Below are positions 26,761-38,980 of a stretch of DNA of 64,000 nt, one piece after another. The stretch lies in assembly GCA_964016885.1 (NCBI GenBank), contig OZ024743.1, positions 271,250,001 to 271,314,000 on the forward strand, read 5' to 3'. The stretch comes from Eledone cirrhosa. Lineage: Eukaryota. The translations under genes and the position numbers were made by a program. Within the stretch, counting starts at the first letter, position 1, and each line of letters begins with the position of its first letter. The notes under the pieces were generated by a model, which was not told the DNA's origin, ran no database searches, and saw nothing but the letters and a program-made list of their open reading frames with translations.

Positions 26761-27903
26761 TCCAGTAGTTGCAACTGGCAGATAATATCAGCAATGGAAA
26801 ACCAATGGAAACATTATTTCATTGACCTTATCTGTATGTATTTTTCATGACAATAATTTCTTAGCTATTTGTTGTATTGTATTTCTACCTATATTCATCT
26901 ATAGCTTCATCTACAATGTTTTATTGTGAATTTATTTATTTCATGCTTTGTTTTTGGAACAGATACTAAAACATTTACCACTGACATTGGGTAAGTGTGT
27001 GGAGACACACACTTAGACACACACACACAAACATACACACACATACATAAACACATACACATGCATGCGCACACATATAAATATATGATGCCATGATAAA
27101 ATACAACTCGTCAACCCTGTATAGTATTAGTGCTGGTGCCATGACAAAATGGCACATAGTCCACCGTGTTAGGTGGTAGTACTGCTGTTACAATCGAAAT
27201 GCACCCAGTCAATCCTGTAAGGTGATAGTGCCAGAGTCACAATAAAATGCTCTCAGTACATGCTGCATTAGGAAGAGTACCCAGTCATAGAAACCAACCC
27301 AAATGTGGAACGTAGGAGCAAGATGTGGTCCTGTTGAGCCTCAATATCTGACAGCACCCCTACTACACTATCAGGTGTTGAAAGGCTAAGAAGAGATATT
27401 TAGCCAATACATAATTTTTTCTTTAATATATTTCTAATGAAAGATACTGTCTATGATTTTCAAATAATTTTGAAAATAATCAAGAATTTGGAGAGATTTA
27501 GTAAAACTCTTTTATTACTAAGTTAATGTTTGGCAGTTAATTGGCAGAGTCATTACAACATGGGATAAAATGCTTTGCAGTGTTTGTTCCTACTCTTTAC
27601 ATCCTGAGTTCACATCTCACTAAGGTCACTCTTTTGAGGTTAATAAAATAAAGTACCAGTTAAGTACTGGGTTGATATAATTGAGTTTCCCCTTCTCGCA
27701 AATTGCTGACCATATGCTAATGCTAGAAAGAATCACTAAGCTGGTGTTTGGAACATAACCTAACAAATGTTCTTACATAAAATTATAATAAACAGTTTTG
27801 TATCATAGAACCAGGATATATTTCATGGGTGGTTTGGTATCAAAAAGGTTAACCATAAAAATAAAGATATATTCCAACACAAATTTGTTTGTGTGTTCAC
27901 ATT

Positions 27904-28246
27904 TATGAGGGACAGCCAAAAAAGTTCATAGGCTGACTAAAATACTCTCATGGAATGACCAAATGAGGTTTATTTTTCAACATAGTCCCTGGAAAGAAAC
28001 AATGTAGTTATTAATAAGAAGAGTTGAAATTAATGCTTGCAAGATTTCACAGCTCTAGCTTCAATCATTCATAGGCTGATCAAGATACTCTCATGGAATG
28101 ACCAAATGAGGTTTATTTTTCAACATAGTCCCCAGAAATAAACAATGTAGTTATTAATAAGAGTTGAAATTAATGCATGCAAGATTTCATAGCTCTAGCA
28201 TCACTCCTTCATAGTCAGCTTATGAACTTTTCAGTCAACCTTCGTA
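27904..28246. mobile_element. Mariner-type MITE with an internal direct duplication of about 145 bp
   Basis: Terminal inverted repeats TATGAGGG..AAAAGTTCATAGGCTGACTA / TAGTCAGCTTATGAACTTTT..CCTTCGTA; TA ends. Confidence 0.8.
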
Positions 28247-28829
28247 CATCTAAGTCTCAATAGAGGCTGACGTTAACTCATCAAATGAATAATTCAAACT
28301 GTTCACATACTTAACTCAACCATGGCTTATCAAATATCTTATAGCATATTGTGTATTTGTCTGCTTTTCTTTTTTTTACATATTTCTGGATATGTATGTG
28401 TATGTGTGTGTGTGCATAGTTTTTTTGTGTGCCTCTATATGCTAGTGTGTGTGTGTGCGTGCGTGACTTTTTGTGTGCCTCTGTATGCTGTGTGTGTGTT
28501 ACCATATGCAAGTATATATGTGAGTATTAGACACAGAATGAGAGATTGAGTATGAATCTGTACAACAGGCAGAAGAATGAAGACTATATTGTGATTAACG
28601 TTTATTTACACTATATAGTGTAAATAAACTGTGAGGTGTCGCTCGCTCTGCTAGAAATAGCAGTTAATTCTCCACCGAATTACACCCCTACAGTCTCACA
28701 AGACATTGGTCAAACCAAGGTAGTAAAAGAAACTTAAATGTTTATGTTTATAGTGTGTCTGTCTGTACGTCTGTCTGCTTGTTAGCATTTTTTGCACTCT
28801 CTTCTTCTTCTTCTTCTTCTTCTTCTTCT

Positions 28830-30352
28830 TCCAGCAGGTTCTGTCAAAAGCAACTGTCTCCAACTGATCTGGCTGGATCCTCAAGCAAGACCAGTCAAGC
28901 TCATGGATGTTATCCTACCATCTTGCTCAGGAAGCAGAGTCCTCAAGAATGCCTTCCAGTGGGTCCTGTCAGAAGCAACCATCTCCAATTAATCCAGCTT
29001 GGTCCCCAAGTGTGACCAGCCAAGCTCATGGATGTTATCCAACTATCTTGCTTGGGGTATACCCCTGGGTCTCCTGCTGATTGGTTTTGCCCAGTAAAAT
29101 CTGTCCGTGATTCTTTCCTGAAACATTCTAACCAAATGCCCATAGTATTGAAGCTGAATCTTTCAATTCAGAGAAGCAGCAGCCCTACACAGAGCATTTC
29201 TTTGATCTCTGAGTTATGTACTTTATTGAATAACATTACTCCAAAAGCCCTTCAATGGAATCCCATTTCGGTCACTTGTATTCACAATCATATTCTTTCG
29301 GTCTTTACTCAAGATTCATGACAATAGGTAAGGGTTGGCACAAATACCAAATTGAAGATAGTGAGTTTGGTTTTTAAACCTACCTCCCTTCTTCTGATGA
29401 CCAAATCCTGAAGCTGGTATAGTAATGCTGGTATATTAATGCTGGTATAGTAATGCTGGTATATTACTGCACCAGCTCCTGCAATTCTTGCACTTAATTT
29501 AGCCTCCTGCCTTTCATAAATCATGAACACAGCCCCAAGATACTTGAACTTCTACACCTGCTTCAGTGGAAATCTACACACATGTAGAGTATACTGTGCA
29601 GGCTTTCTTGGGAGGATGATTGTCTCATTTATTGCAGCACTGATTTTCATTCCTGCCGTGCAGCACTTGGCAGCAAACTTATCAAGTGCATGTCAGAGAT
29701 GACTTGGAAGAGTTAAATAGCACTATGTTGTCATCAAATTCCAGCTGACTGATCCTACACCCACCTGTTTTAATACCATTTTCTATCTGGCTGCACATGT
29801 CAATCCTGTCCATGAAAATTATGAGCAGAGGAGATGATAGTATACACCCTTGGTTTTGACTTAGCAACTTTTATCTGAACACAAATTCATATAGAGACAT
29901 TCATATAGAGACATTCATATAGAGACATTCATATAGGGACATTCATATAGAGACATTCATATAGAGACATTCATATAGGGACATTCATATAGAGACATTC
30001 ATATAGAGACATTAATATAGAGACATTCATATAGAGACATTCATATAGGGACATTCATATAGAGACATTAATATAGAGACATTCATATAGAGACATTCAT
30101 ATAGAGACATTCATATAGAGACATTCATATAGGGACATTCATATAGAGACATTCATATAGAGACATTCATATAGAGACATTCATATAGGGACATTCATAT
30201 AGAGACATTCATATAGAGACATCAGGGTAACAAGAAGTTGTCCATCGATTCCACATTTCTGCAGAATATTCCACAAGTGGTGGAACATGGTCATATGCCT
30301 TTTCAAGGTCTACAAAACAAGAATACACCTCTTGGCAATACTCCTATGATTG
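28830..30352 (-). mobile_element. Old degenerate RTE LINE of a distinct family, with no PHD seen
   Basis: Minus strand remnants CFVDLEKAYD, GIDGQLL, QGCILS, FKYLG, FVPTLTYCHES. Confidence 0.8.
29886..30222. repeat. 14-bp minisatellite (ATTCATATAGAGAC)n, about 24 copies
   Basis: Direct. Confidence 0.97.
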
Positions 30353-30689
30353 TCTAACCCATGCTAGGATAGAAAAATGGATATTAAACAGTGATAATAA
30401 TGATGATGATGATGATATGTTTCCCCCAAAATGGCTGATTGAATACATGCTTTTTCTCCAAAGATGTTTTTCCATTCCTTCCTCTTCTTACTCTCTATCT
30501 TACTATTTCATCTTTTATTTCTCACTAGTGTCTGAAATGTCAATACATTTTCCTACTATATCAAACATTAAACTAATATATTTCTTCATTGTACTGTGTT
30601 GTTTGCTTTTTTGTTTCATTTTTTTCATATATACAAACATATTATATATATATATACACTTACAAACATATATAATATATTCTCATAAA

Positions 30690-32192
30690 TTGTTACAAAG
30701 GTAAAGGGGATGCTTTGGAGAGGAGCAATTATAGGGGTATAAAACTGATAGATCAGGTTATGAAAGTGGCAGAAAGGATTTTAGCACAACTAATTAGAGA
30801 AAGGGTCAAACTAGATGAGATGCAGTTTGGTTTGTGCCTGGGAAGAGTACAACAGATGCCCTCTTCTTGGTGAGACAAATGCAAGAGAGGTTCTTAGAGA
30901 AGAATAAGCCACTATACTTAGCCTTTGTTGACCTAGAGAAGGCCTTTGATAGGGTACCCCGATCTGTCATCTAGTGGTCCCTAGGGAAGCTAGGTGTTGA
31001 GGAATGGCTTGTGAGGACAGTGCAAACTTTGTACAGAGGTACTCTCAGTAAAGTCAGGGTAGGAATGGAGTTTAGTGAGGAATTCCAGATACAAGTAGGA
31101 GTACATCAGGGTTCGGTCCTCAGCCCGCTCTTGTTCATTATAGTCCTCCAAGCCATAACAGAGGAGTTTAAGACTGGCTGTCCATGGGAACTTCTCTATG
31201 CTGACGATCTGGTTCTTATAGCAGAATCAGTAGAGGAGCTAGAGAATAAATTCTGGCTATGGAAACAGCAGTTGGAAGAAGAGGACTGAGAGTGAATCTA
31301 GCTAAGACAAAAGTGTTGATGAGTAGAAAAGAGGACAAAACCCTGATTCCGTCAGGGAAATGGCCATGTTCGATATGCAGAAAAAGAACTGGCATAAATT
31401 CTATAAAATGCACACAATGCAGATCCTGGGTACACAAGAGATGTAGCGGGATAGCAGGCAAACTAACAGGTAGGGAGAAATATGTATGCAGTAGATGTAC
31501 AGGGAAATTAGACAGTAGAAGTCGCACTGATAGACACATTTTTCAAATGCAAGAGGGCGCTATAGAAGTGGTGGATAGCTTCCGGTACCTAGGAGATCAG
31601 ATTAGCATGGGAGGAGGGTGTTCCGAGGCCATAGTATCTAGAATAAGGACGGGTTGGAAGAAGTTTAGGGAGCTGCTTCCTCTGTTGATGAAGAAGGGTT
31701 TCTCCCTGCGTACGAAAGGCCGGTTGTATGATGCCTGTGTGAGGAGCGCGATGCTGCATGGTAGTGAGACATGGGCAGCAACTGCAGAGGATATGCGACG
31801 GCTGGAGAGAAATGAGGCAAGCATGCTCCGTTGGATGTTCAGTGTAAATGTGCGTGAACGACCCAGCATAAATGTGTTGAGAGAGAAACTGTGTCTGAGA
31901 GGGATAGAATGTAGTGTACGGGAGAGGAGACTGAGGTGGTATGGACATGTGATGCGCATGGAGGATGACCGATGGGTGAAGAAGTGCCAGGAAATGCCAG
32001 TTGAAGGAAGACGTGGTAGAGGTAGACCACGAAAAACATGGGCGGAGGTGGTGAGAACAGACCTCAGATCATTGAAGCTCACGGTGGAGATGACGAGGGA
32101 CCGTGACGAGTGGAGAGATACTGTGCTGAATAAGACCCATCCCACCCTTGCAAGCAGGGAAAAGCGGACGTAAAATGATGATGATGATGATG
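30690..32192 (+). mobile_element. RTE LINE family C, 5'-truncated, with frameshifts and a stop, PHD in RT, essentially no 3' UTR, (GAT)n tail
   Basis: YKGKGDALERSNYRGIKL, FVDLEKAFD, GVHQGS, YADDL; ORF 31259-32173 ends directly at the terminal CCCACCCTTGCAAGCAGGGAAAAGCGGACGTAAAA(TGA)n. Confidence 0.95.
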
Positions 32193-32310
32193 ATATATAT
32201 ATATATATATACGTGTGAGTGTGTGTATATATATATATATGCATATATATGTATATGCATATATATATGTATATGCATATATATATATATGCATATATAT
32301 ATATATATGC

Positions 32311-32360
<50 letters not shown>

Positions 32361-32364
<4 letters not shown>

Positions 32365-33080
32365 CTACGTTGGTATGGTCACGTGATGCGCATGAAGGAC
32401 AATAGCTGTATAACAAAGTGCAGGGCAATAAAGATAGACGGTAGCCACGGAATAGGCAGACCCAGAAAAACCTGGGACGAGCTGATAAACTCCGACCTCA
32501 CACACTTACACCTCACCAAGACAATGTCACTGGACCGAGACCTTTGGCGGTACTCAGTAATAGAGAAGACCCGCCTTACCTAAATACAAAGTAAAACCTA
32601 CTACAGTCAGTAGGCATCTCTAACAAAATACACCCCCCCCCCCACCCATCCACACCGCCCCCTTCTATGTAAAGTTATGTTGGTGCCACACCATCCAGGC
32701 CGAAACAAATGAGATCGTGTAGGTGACACGACAAAAAAACACACAGTCCACGCTGTAATGTGGCCGTGTAGGCAACACGGTAAAAACCTCCCAGCCCCAC
32801 ACTGTAAATGTGGTTGGTGTTAGGAAGGGCATCCAGCTGTAGAAAACCCGCCAGACAGTCCACGCTGTAATGTGGCCGTGTAGGCAACACGGTAAAAACC
32901 TCCCAGCCCCACACTGTAAATGTGGTTGGTGTTAGGAAGGGCATCCAACTGTAGAAAACCTGCCAGACAGTCCTATGCGAGCAAGACAATCACTCTTGCC
33001 TCAAGTGGGAAAACCCCCGTCCAAACCCATGCAAGCGTGGAACACGGACGTTAAACGTTGATGATGATGATTGATGATGA
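32361..33080 (+). mobile_element. 3' fragment of RTE family A, nearly identical to 6567-7175, with a 112-bp tandem duplication in the UTR
   Basis: RLRWYGH..IEKTRLT; duplication 32744-32855 / 32856-32967 bounded by ACAGTCC. Confidence 0.93.
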
Positions 33081-33477
33081 TATATATATATATATACACA
33101 CATATATATACATGAATGTTATAATCTATTGTGGGTAGCCAGCAATTCTATCTATTCATTGCAAAATACATCAGAATAGTGTTGATATATTTGAACTGTT
33201 ATATGATACCATAGTAAGAGGCATCCACAGTCCCCAGCAGAGCCACATTCCACCTCTTTCTGTCTGTTCAACAGTAAATATTGTAATATCATGCTGTCCT
33301 GAGAATTTAAATTTACAAAAGTTACTATAGAAATAGGAGATAAAAGATATGACCCAGAAAAGATACACAAGTGAATATAAATGAAAGATAAATACTCAAA
33401 TATATATCATCATCATCATATATATATAAATCTATATATACATATACAAATGTATATATATATATATATATATATAT

Positions 33478-33509
<32 letters not shown>

Positions 33510-33708
33510 TTTACGTCCGCTTTTTCCTGCTTGCAAGGGTGGGACGGGAACTGATTCTGGCTTGATTTCTACAGCTGGATGCCCTTCCTAACACCAACCT
33601 CATTTACAGTGAGTGCTGGGTGCTTTTTTGCCATGGCGCCTACACGTCCACTTTACAGAGTGCCTGGGTGCTTTTTTGCCGTGGCACCTCCACGACCACT
33701 TTGCAGTG
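33478..33708 (-). mobile_element. 3' part of a SINE with RTE-B UTR body and RTE-C terminus (similar copies at 36770-36975 and 57145-57300 on +)
   Basis: (CAT)n, TTTTACGTCCGCTTTT..CTTGCAAGGGTGGG, CTACAGCTGGATGCCCTTCCTAACACC. Confidence 0.85.
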
Positions 33709-33852
33709 TATGTATATACATATATATATACATACATATATATATACGAATATATATGTATATATACGAATATATATATATACACAGAAATCTATACTGG
33801 CTTGTAATTTTCATAACTAATCCTTTAGTTCTCTTCCTTGATTAGTTTGCCT

Positions 33853-33889
<37 letters not shown>

Positions 33890-33992
33890 TAAAATAACAG
33901 ATTAAAGTTTAAGCAAAGAATCTTCAAATTTATTATTATATATTATTATTATATATATATATTGCTGGCCTTGTGCCTAAAGTAGAAACAAT

Positions 33993-34036
<44 letters not shown>

Positions 34037-34163
34037 GTGAGGGTTTTTTTACAAAATGAAAAATAACCGAGGTGTCCTACACGAGTGAAAGTATAAGGAA
34101 AAAAGATGAAATCTAAAATGGAATTGGAGTCTTCTTAAAAAGAATATATATATATTTATTTGG

Positions 34164-34205
34164 TTCCTTTACCGGTTTCGCAGTTCTTCTGCTTTTCAAA
34201 AGTAG
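34164..34205 (-). ncRNA. Minimal hammerhead ribozyme with U3-A8 variant core
   Basis: Minus strand: CTACTT-TTGAAAA-GCAG-AAGAA-CTGC-GAAACCGGTA-AAGGAA, within a (TA)n-flanked island. Confidence 0.6.
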
Positions 34206-34232
34206 AGTTGAGATGGAGGGTCTGTGGTTTTT

Positions 34233-34317
<85 letters not shown>

Positions 34318-34729
34318 TAATGTATACATACATATACAAATATATATATATATATATATATATATCAATTAAAAAGTTGTTTCTAATACTTAGACATCTC
34401 AGTGAAAGGATAAAATATACTAATAAATTATCAATGCAGAGAAGAAATTAAACATAATAAACTTAAGCCAAAATCTTGATTTTGGGGCAGATATAAGCTA
34501 GACCAACTAAAATAAGTCAGTTTTACTCCCATATATATATATATGTGTGTACAGTGATTGTGGTGGTGACACTACAAAAGCCCCCAGTCCACCCTATAAG
34601 GTTCCGATGACATAACAAATAAGCACCCAATCAACCTTGTAAGGTGGTTGTGATGATGACATGACAAAGAGCACTCAGTCCACAAAGTAATCGTTTTGAT
34701 GTCACTATAAAAATAACCCAGTCCACACT

Positions 34730-34962
34730 TTAGAGTGTTCAACAGTGGGAATAGCTCTCTAAACTTCTTCCATCCTATCCTTATTCTAGTTATTATGCTC
34801 TCAGAGGACCTGCCTCTGCTGCTAATTAGTTCATCTAGATAGCAGAAGCTATTAACTACTTCTTTAGACCCTTCATGTGGGTGAAAATGATTTATATCAC
34901 TGACGATCTTCCCATTGGTTACTCCTGTGCATTTTCTACATACAACATTTTCCCTTCTTTTA
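34730..34962 (-). mobile_element. Old RTE LINE fragment (others at 36170-36690 and 39380-39660)
   Basis: [32 protein letters not shown]. Confidence 0.75.
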
Positions 34963-37302
34963 TAGGGTGAGTTGGGTGCTTTTGGTTGTGTCACCAACAT
35001 GACCACGTTACAGGGCAGACTGGGTGCTTTTTGTCTTGCCATTATCACAACCTCCTTATAGGTTTTACTTGGTGTTTATTTGTCATGTCACCAGCATGAC
35101 CACCATACAGGATGGGCCAGGAACTCTTTTGTCATGTCACCAGCATGAACACCTTACATATTGGAGTAGGGGCTTTTGTTGTTTCACCAACATGGCCACC
35201 TTACAGAGTGGACTGAGAGCTTTTAGTCATTTCAGCAGCATTGAAGGTTGTAATGTGGTTGGCAATCAAATGAAGACAATATATGGTAGAGAAAACTCTT
35301 CAATCTGACCAGGCATGAGATAACCTCTCTGTGCTTGTAAATGATAAATTGCACCCAGTGCACTCTGTAAACTGGTGGTGTTGGTGCCATAATGAAATAC
35401 TCATTACATCTTGTAAGGAAGTTGGTTAAGAAGTGCATCTAGTTGTAGAAACCATGCCTAATATGAGGCAGTGTTTATGGTTACATGTTGTTCCTGGCAC
35501 AGACCTTTTAAATCATTTCTTATAACATTCAAGGATGCTGTGTACATATTCTAAGAACTAGGTTATATACTGCTTGGCTATATACATTTCTAATGACTGA
35601 AATCTGGTGATGGCCTTTTTTAAGTTTCCTTTTCTAAATCTGTCCAATTACAACCAGGAAAATATAAACATTATGACACTTGTCAATTCTGTTGACATGT
35701 TCATCAAAATTTAGTTACAGATAACAATACCTTCCTTCTCTTTAACATATTTAGATAATATAATAAACAAACTTTCATCATTACTTTACATCCACTGAAG
35801 GCAGTGGATTGGGAGTACCGGTAGAGCATCGGACACCATGCTTCGCAGCATAGAGATACATCCCATTACATTCTGAGTTCAAATCCCACCAAGGTTAGCT
35901 TTGCCTTTCATCCTTACAGGGTTGATAAAATAAAGCACCAGTAACATACTGGGGTCAAATTAATTGACTTTCCTCTCCCCTGAAATTGTTGGATTTGTGC
36001 CTAAATCAGAAAGCATTATTGTACACCCTCTTCCTATGCTAGCATTCGTTAGACTGGTTTTCATGGTCCAAGACTAAATAAGTTAGAGATGGACCAACAA
36101 CAAACACACACACATATACACTCTAAATACAAAAGGATTTTTCCTTTTCAGTATAATAAAGACACCTTTGATTACATTGTTTCAAAAGACTGCCAATGGA
36201 ACTTCCTACACCATAAATGCTCTATCAACAATTTTCCAAGAGATGGCAAAATGAACAAACCTGCTTGACAGCTCTTTTTCAACACACCTTCTCTCCACAC
36301 GTCTTGATTCTTCGTCTTCACCACTTTGAGATCAACTCTTACCACTTCTGCCCAGGTCTTCTCTACTCCGGTATCCTTCCACTGGGATTTCTTAAAACCT
36401 CTTCACCCAGTGATCACCATCCATATGCATCGCATGTCCATACCAATGCAGCCTTATCTCTTGCACACTATACTACTTCTGATTCCTCATATACCCAGTT
36501 TTTCTTGCAGTTCATCCAAGCTCTGTTATTTTCTTTTCATTAACATTGCACATCCATCAAAGTATGTTTGCTTCCTTTCTCTCCAGCCTGCACCTATCCT
36601 CCAGAGTAACTGGCAATGTTTCTGAGCTATGCAGACGACACAGCCAGCTTTTTATATGGAAGAAACCTTTTGTTGTCAACAGAGGTAGAGGTTCCGTATA
36701 CATACATATATATATATACACATGCATATGTGTGTGTATATATATAGCTATATATAATGGAGGTAATAAGAAATGAGATGATAGGGACTGGGGTCCATAT
36801 CATTCCACTGCAAAGTGGTCGTGGAGGTGCCACAGAAAAAAAAGCACCCACCACTCACTGTAAATGAGGTTGGTGTTAGGAAGGGCATCCAGCTGTAGAA
36901 ATCAAGCCAGAATCAGTTCCCATCCCACCCTTGCAAGCAGGGAAAAGAGGACATAAAATGATGATGATGAATGATGATACACACACATATATATGCATAT
37001 ATATATATACACACATGCATATGTGTGTGTGTATATATAGCTATATATGTATATATATATGTATGTATATACACACACACACATATATATATGCATATGT
37101 ATAGTATTTGTTTATATATATATATATATATGTATATTATTTGTTTATATAAAGTCCTTTGACAGAAGAATGTTAAAAGAAGGATGGTTTGCCTGTTACA
37201 TTGTAACTACTTTGTTCATTTTCTATTTCTAATTGTATTATCATTGACAGTCCATTACAAACTATCACATACTCAGATACACCCAAACCATGTTAGTATA
37301 TA

Positions 37303-37337
<35 letters not shown>

Positions 37338-37340
<3 letters not shown>

Positions 37341-38190
37341 TTTCGAATCTCCAAAGAAATACGGTTTTAGGAAGCCGTAGCTATAGCCTGAAATGCTGTT
37401 CTCCTTGCTTCTGCTGGATATCACCAGAGGGTGTTAGCCCCCTGGTGTTTGCATAGCTACGGCTTCCTAAAACCGTATTTCTTTGGAGATACGAAATATT
37501 TATACAAATTGTATAAAGCTATGCTTGAAGCGAAATCCTATTTCTCTATATATACATAGTATTTACTTATATATATATATATATATACATACATATATAG
37601 TATATACTTATGTATATATATATATATATATGTATATACACATACATACATATATATATCTTTTACCTGTTCCAGCCCATATATATATAAATTCCGTATT
37701 TCTAAAGAAATACGGTTTTAGGAAGCCGTAGTATGCAAACACCAGGGGAATTAACGCCCTCGGGGCATTAGACCCCGGTGTTTGCATAGCTACGAATTCC
37801 TAAAACCGTATTTCTTTAGAAATACAGAATTCCTATACATATTGTATAAAACTATGCTTGAAGTGAAATCCTATTTCTATTTTATTATAAGTTGAGCCAA
37901 CTTATGCAGCTTCATATGCAAATGAGATTAATCACCTCATTTACACAGACAAGAAAACAATATATTCTTGACTGTTTTCAAGTCCAGCAGTAGCATCGGT
38001 GGGAGGGATCGTCCTGACGATGGCCAGTCAAGCCTGAAATCCATAGACGGTTGTCCCCCTTGCTTCTGCTGGACACCCCCTTCCGGTGTTTGCATAGCTA
38101 TGGCTTCCTAAAACCGTATTTCTTTAGAAATACGAAATTTCTATACATATTGTATAAAGCTATGCTTGAAGCGAAATCCTATTTCTTTTC
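37338..38190. mobile_element. Cluster of direct and inverted copies of a small non-coding element terminus (PLE- or retrozyme-like)
   Basis: GGTGTTTGCATAGCTACGGCTTCCTAAAACCGTATTTCTTTAGAAATAC.. on + at about 37444, 37777 and 38085, and on minus at about 37340-37385 and 37690-37745; (TA)n flanks. Confidence 0.75.
37982..38074 (+). ncRNA. Minimal hammerhead ribozyme with a long stem I
   Basis: GTCCAGCAG..GATCGTC-CTGACGA-T-GGC-CAGTCAA-GCC-T-GAAATCCATA-GACGGTT..CTGCTGGAC. Confidence 0.72.
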
Positions 38191-38904
38191 TATATATATA
38201 TATATATTTATATGTATGTATGTATGTATATATATTTATATGTATGTATGCATGTATATATATATATGCTATTTCAAATGTGAACCTGATATATTCCTTC
38301 CATATACTGTACCGATTGTGTTATTTCTTTTTACCTTTACATACATACATATATATATATATTATATACACACGTGTGTATGTAAAGGCATTGTATTGGC
38401 AGCAGTATTCATTCTGTCTCTCTGAGTTCAAATCCAAGTGAGGTGAACTTTTCCTTTCATCTTTTCAAGGTTCATAAATGAAGTACTAGTTCAGTACTGT
38501 GGTTGATTCTTTCTCCATATCTCCTTCTCACTTCTTAAAATGAATTTAAGATACACCTAATGTTTTTTTGTTTTATACCTTAGGAAGGGCATCCAGCCGT
38601 AAAAACCAAGCCAAAATTGGTTCTGTATGAGCAAGACATAATCATCTGACCTCAAAAATAAGACAACCCATCTAATCCATTCTAGCATGGAAAATGGATG
38701 TTAAATGGTGATGAGGATGAATGATGATATATATATTATAAAGAATTGGGACCCCAAGAGCTGAGTCATTGGGGTCCCGACTCTTTATAATATAATCATA
38801 CTCTACTACCCCATCAAGTACTCTGTTGAGTAATGGTTTAACTAGTTTCAAACATCTTGATTTATATATATATATACTCTCAGGTCTCGAGTAATATATA
38901 TATA

Positions 38905-38980
38905 CAGGGTGTCCCCCAAAAATGTGTATACACTTCAACTGCATTCTAATCAGTGTGTGTACATTTTTTAGGACACCCTG
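38905..38980. mobile_element. 76-bp Tc1/mariner-type MITE
   Basis: TIRs CAGGGTGTCC..AAAAATGT / ACATTTTT..GGACACCCTG, flanked by TA. Confidence 0.88.

Noticed and set aside
31597-32244. Antisense ORFs over LINEs (also 6223, 14203, 16456)
   Set aside because: Shadow frames of RTE coding sequence
37982-38074. SECIS element reading of the long hairpin
   Set aside because: There is no associated ORF with an in-frame UGA, and the hammerhead core explains the motif better
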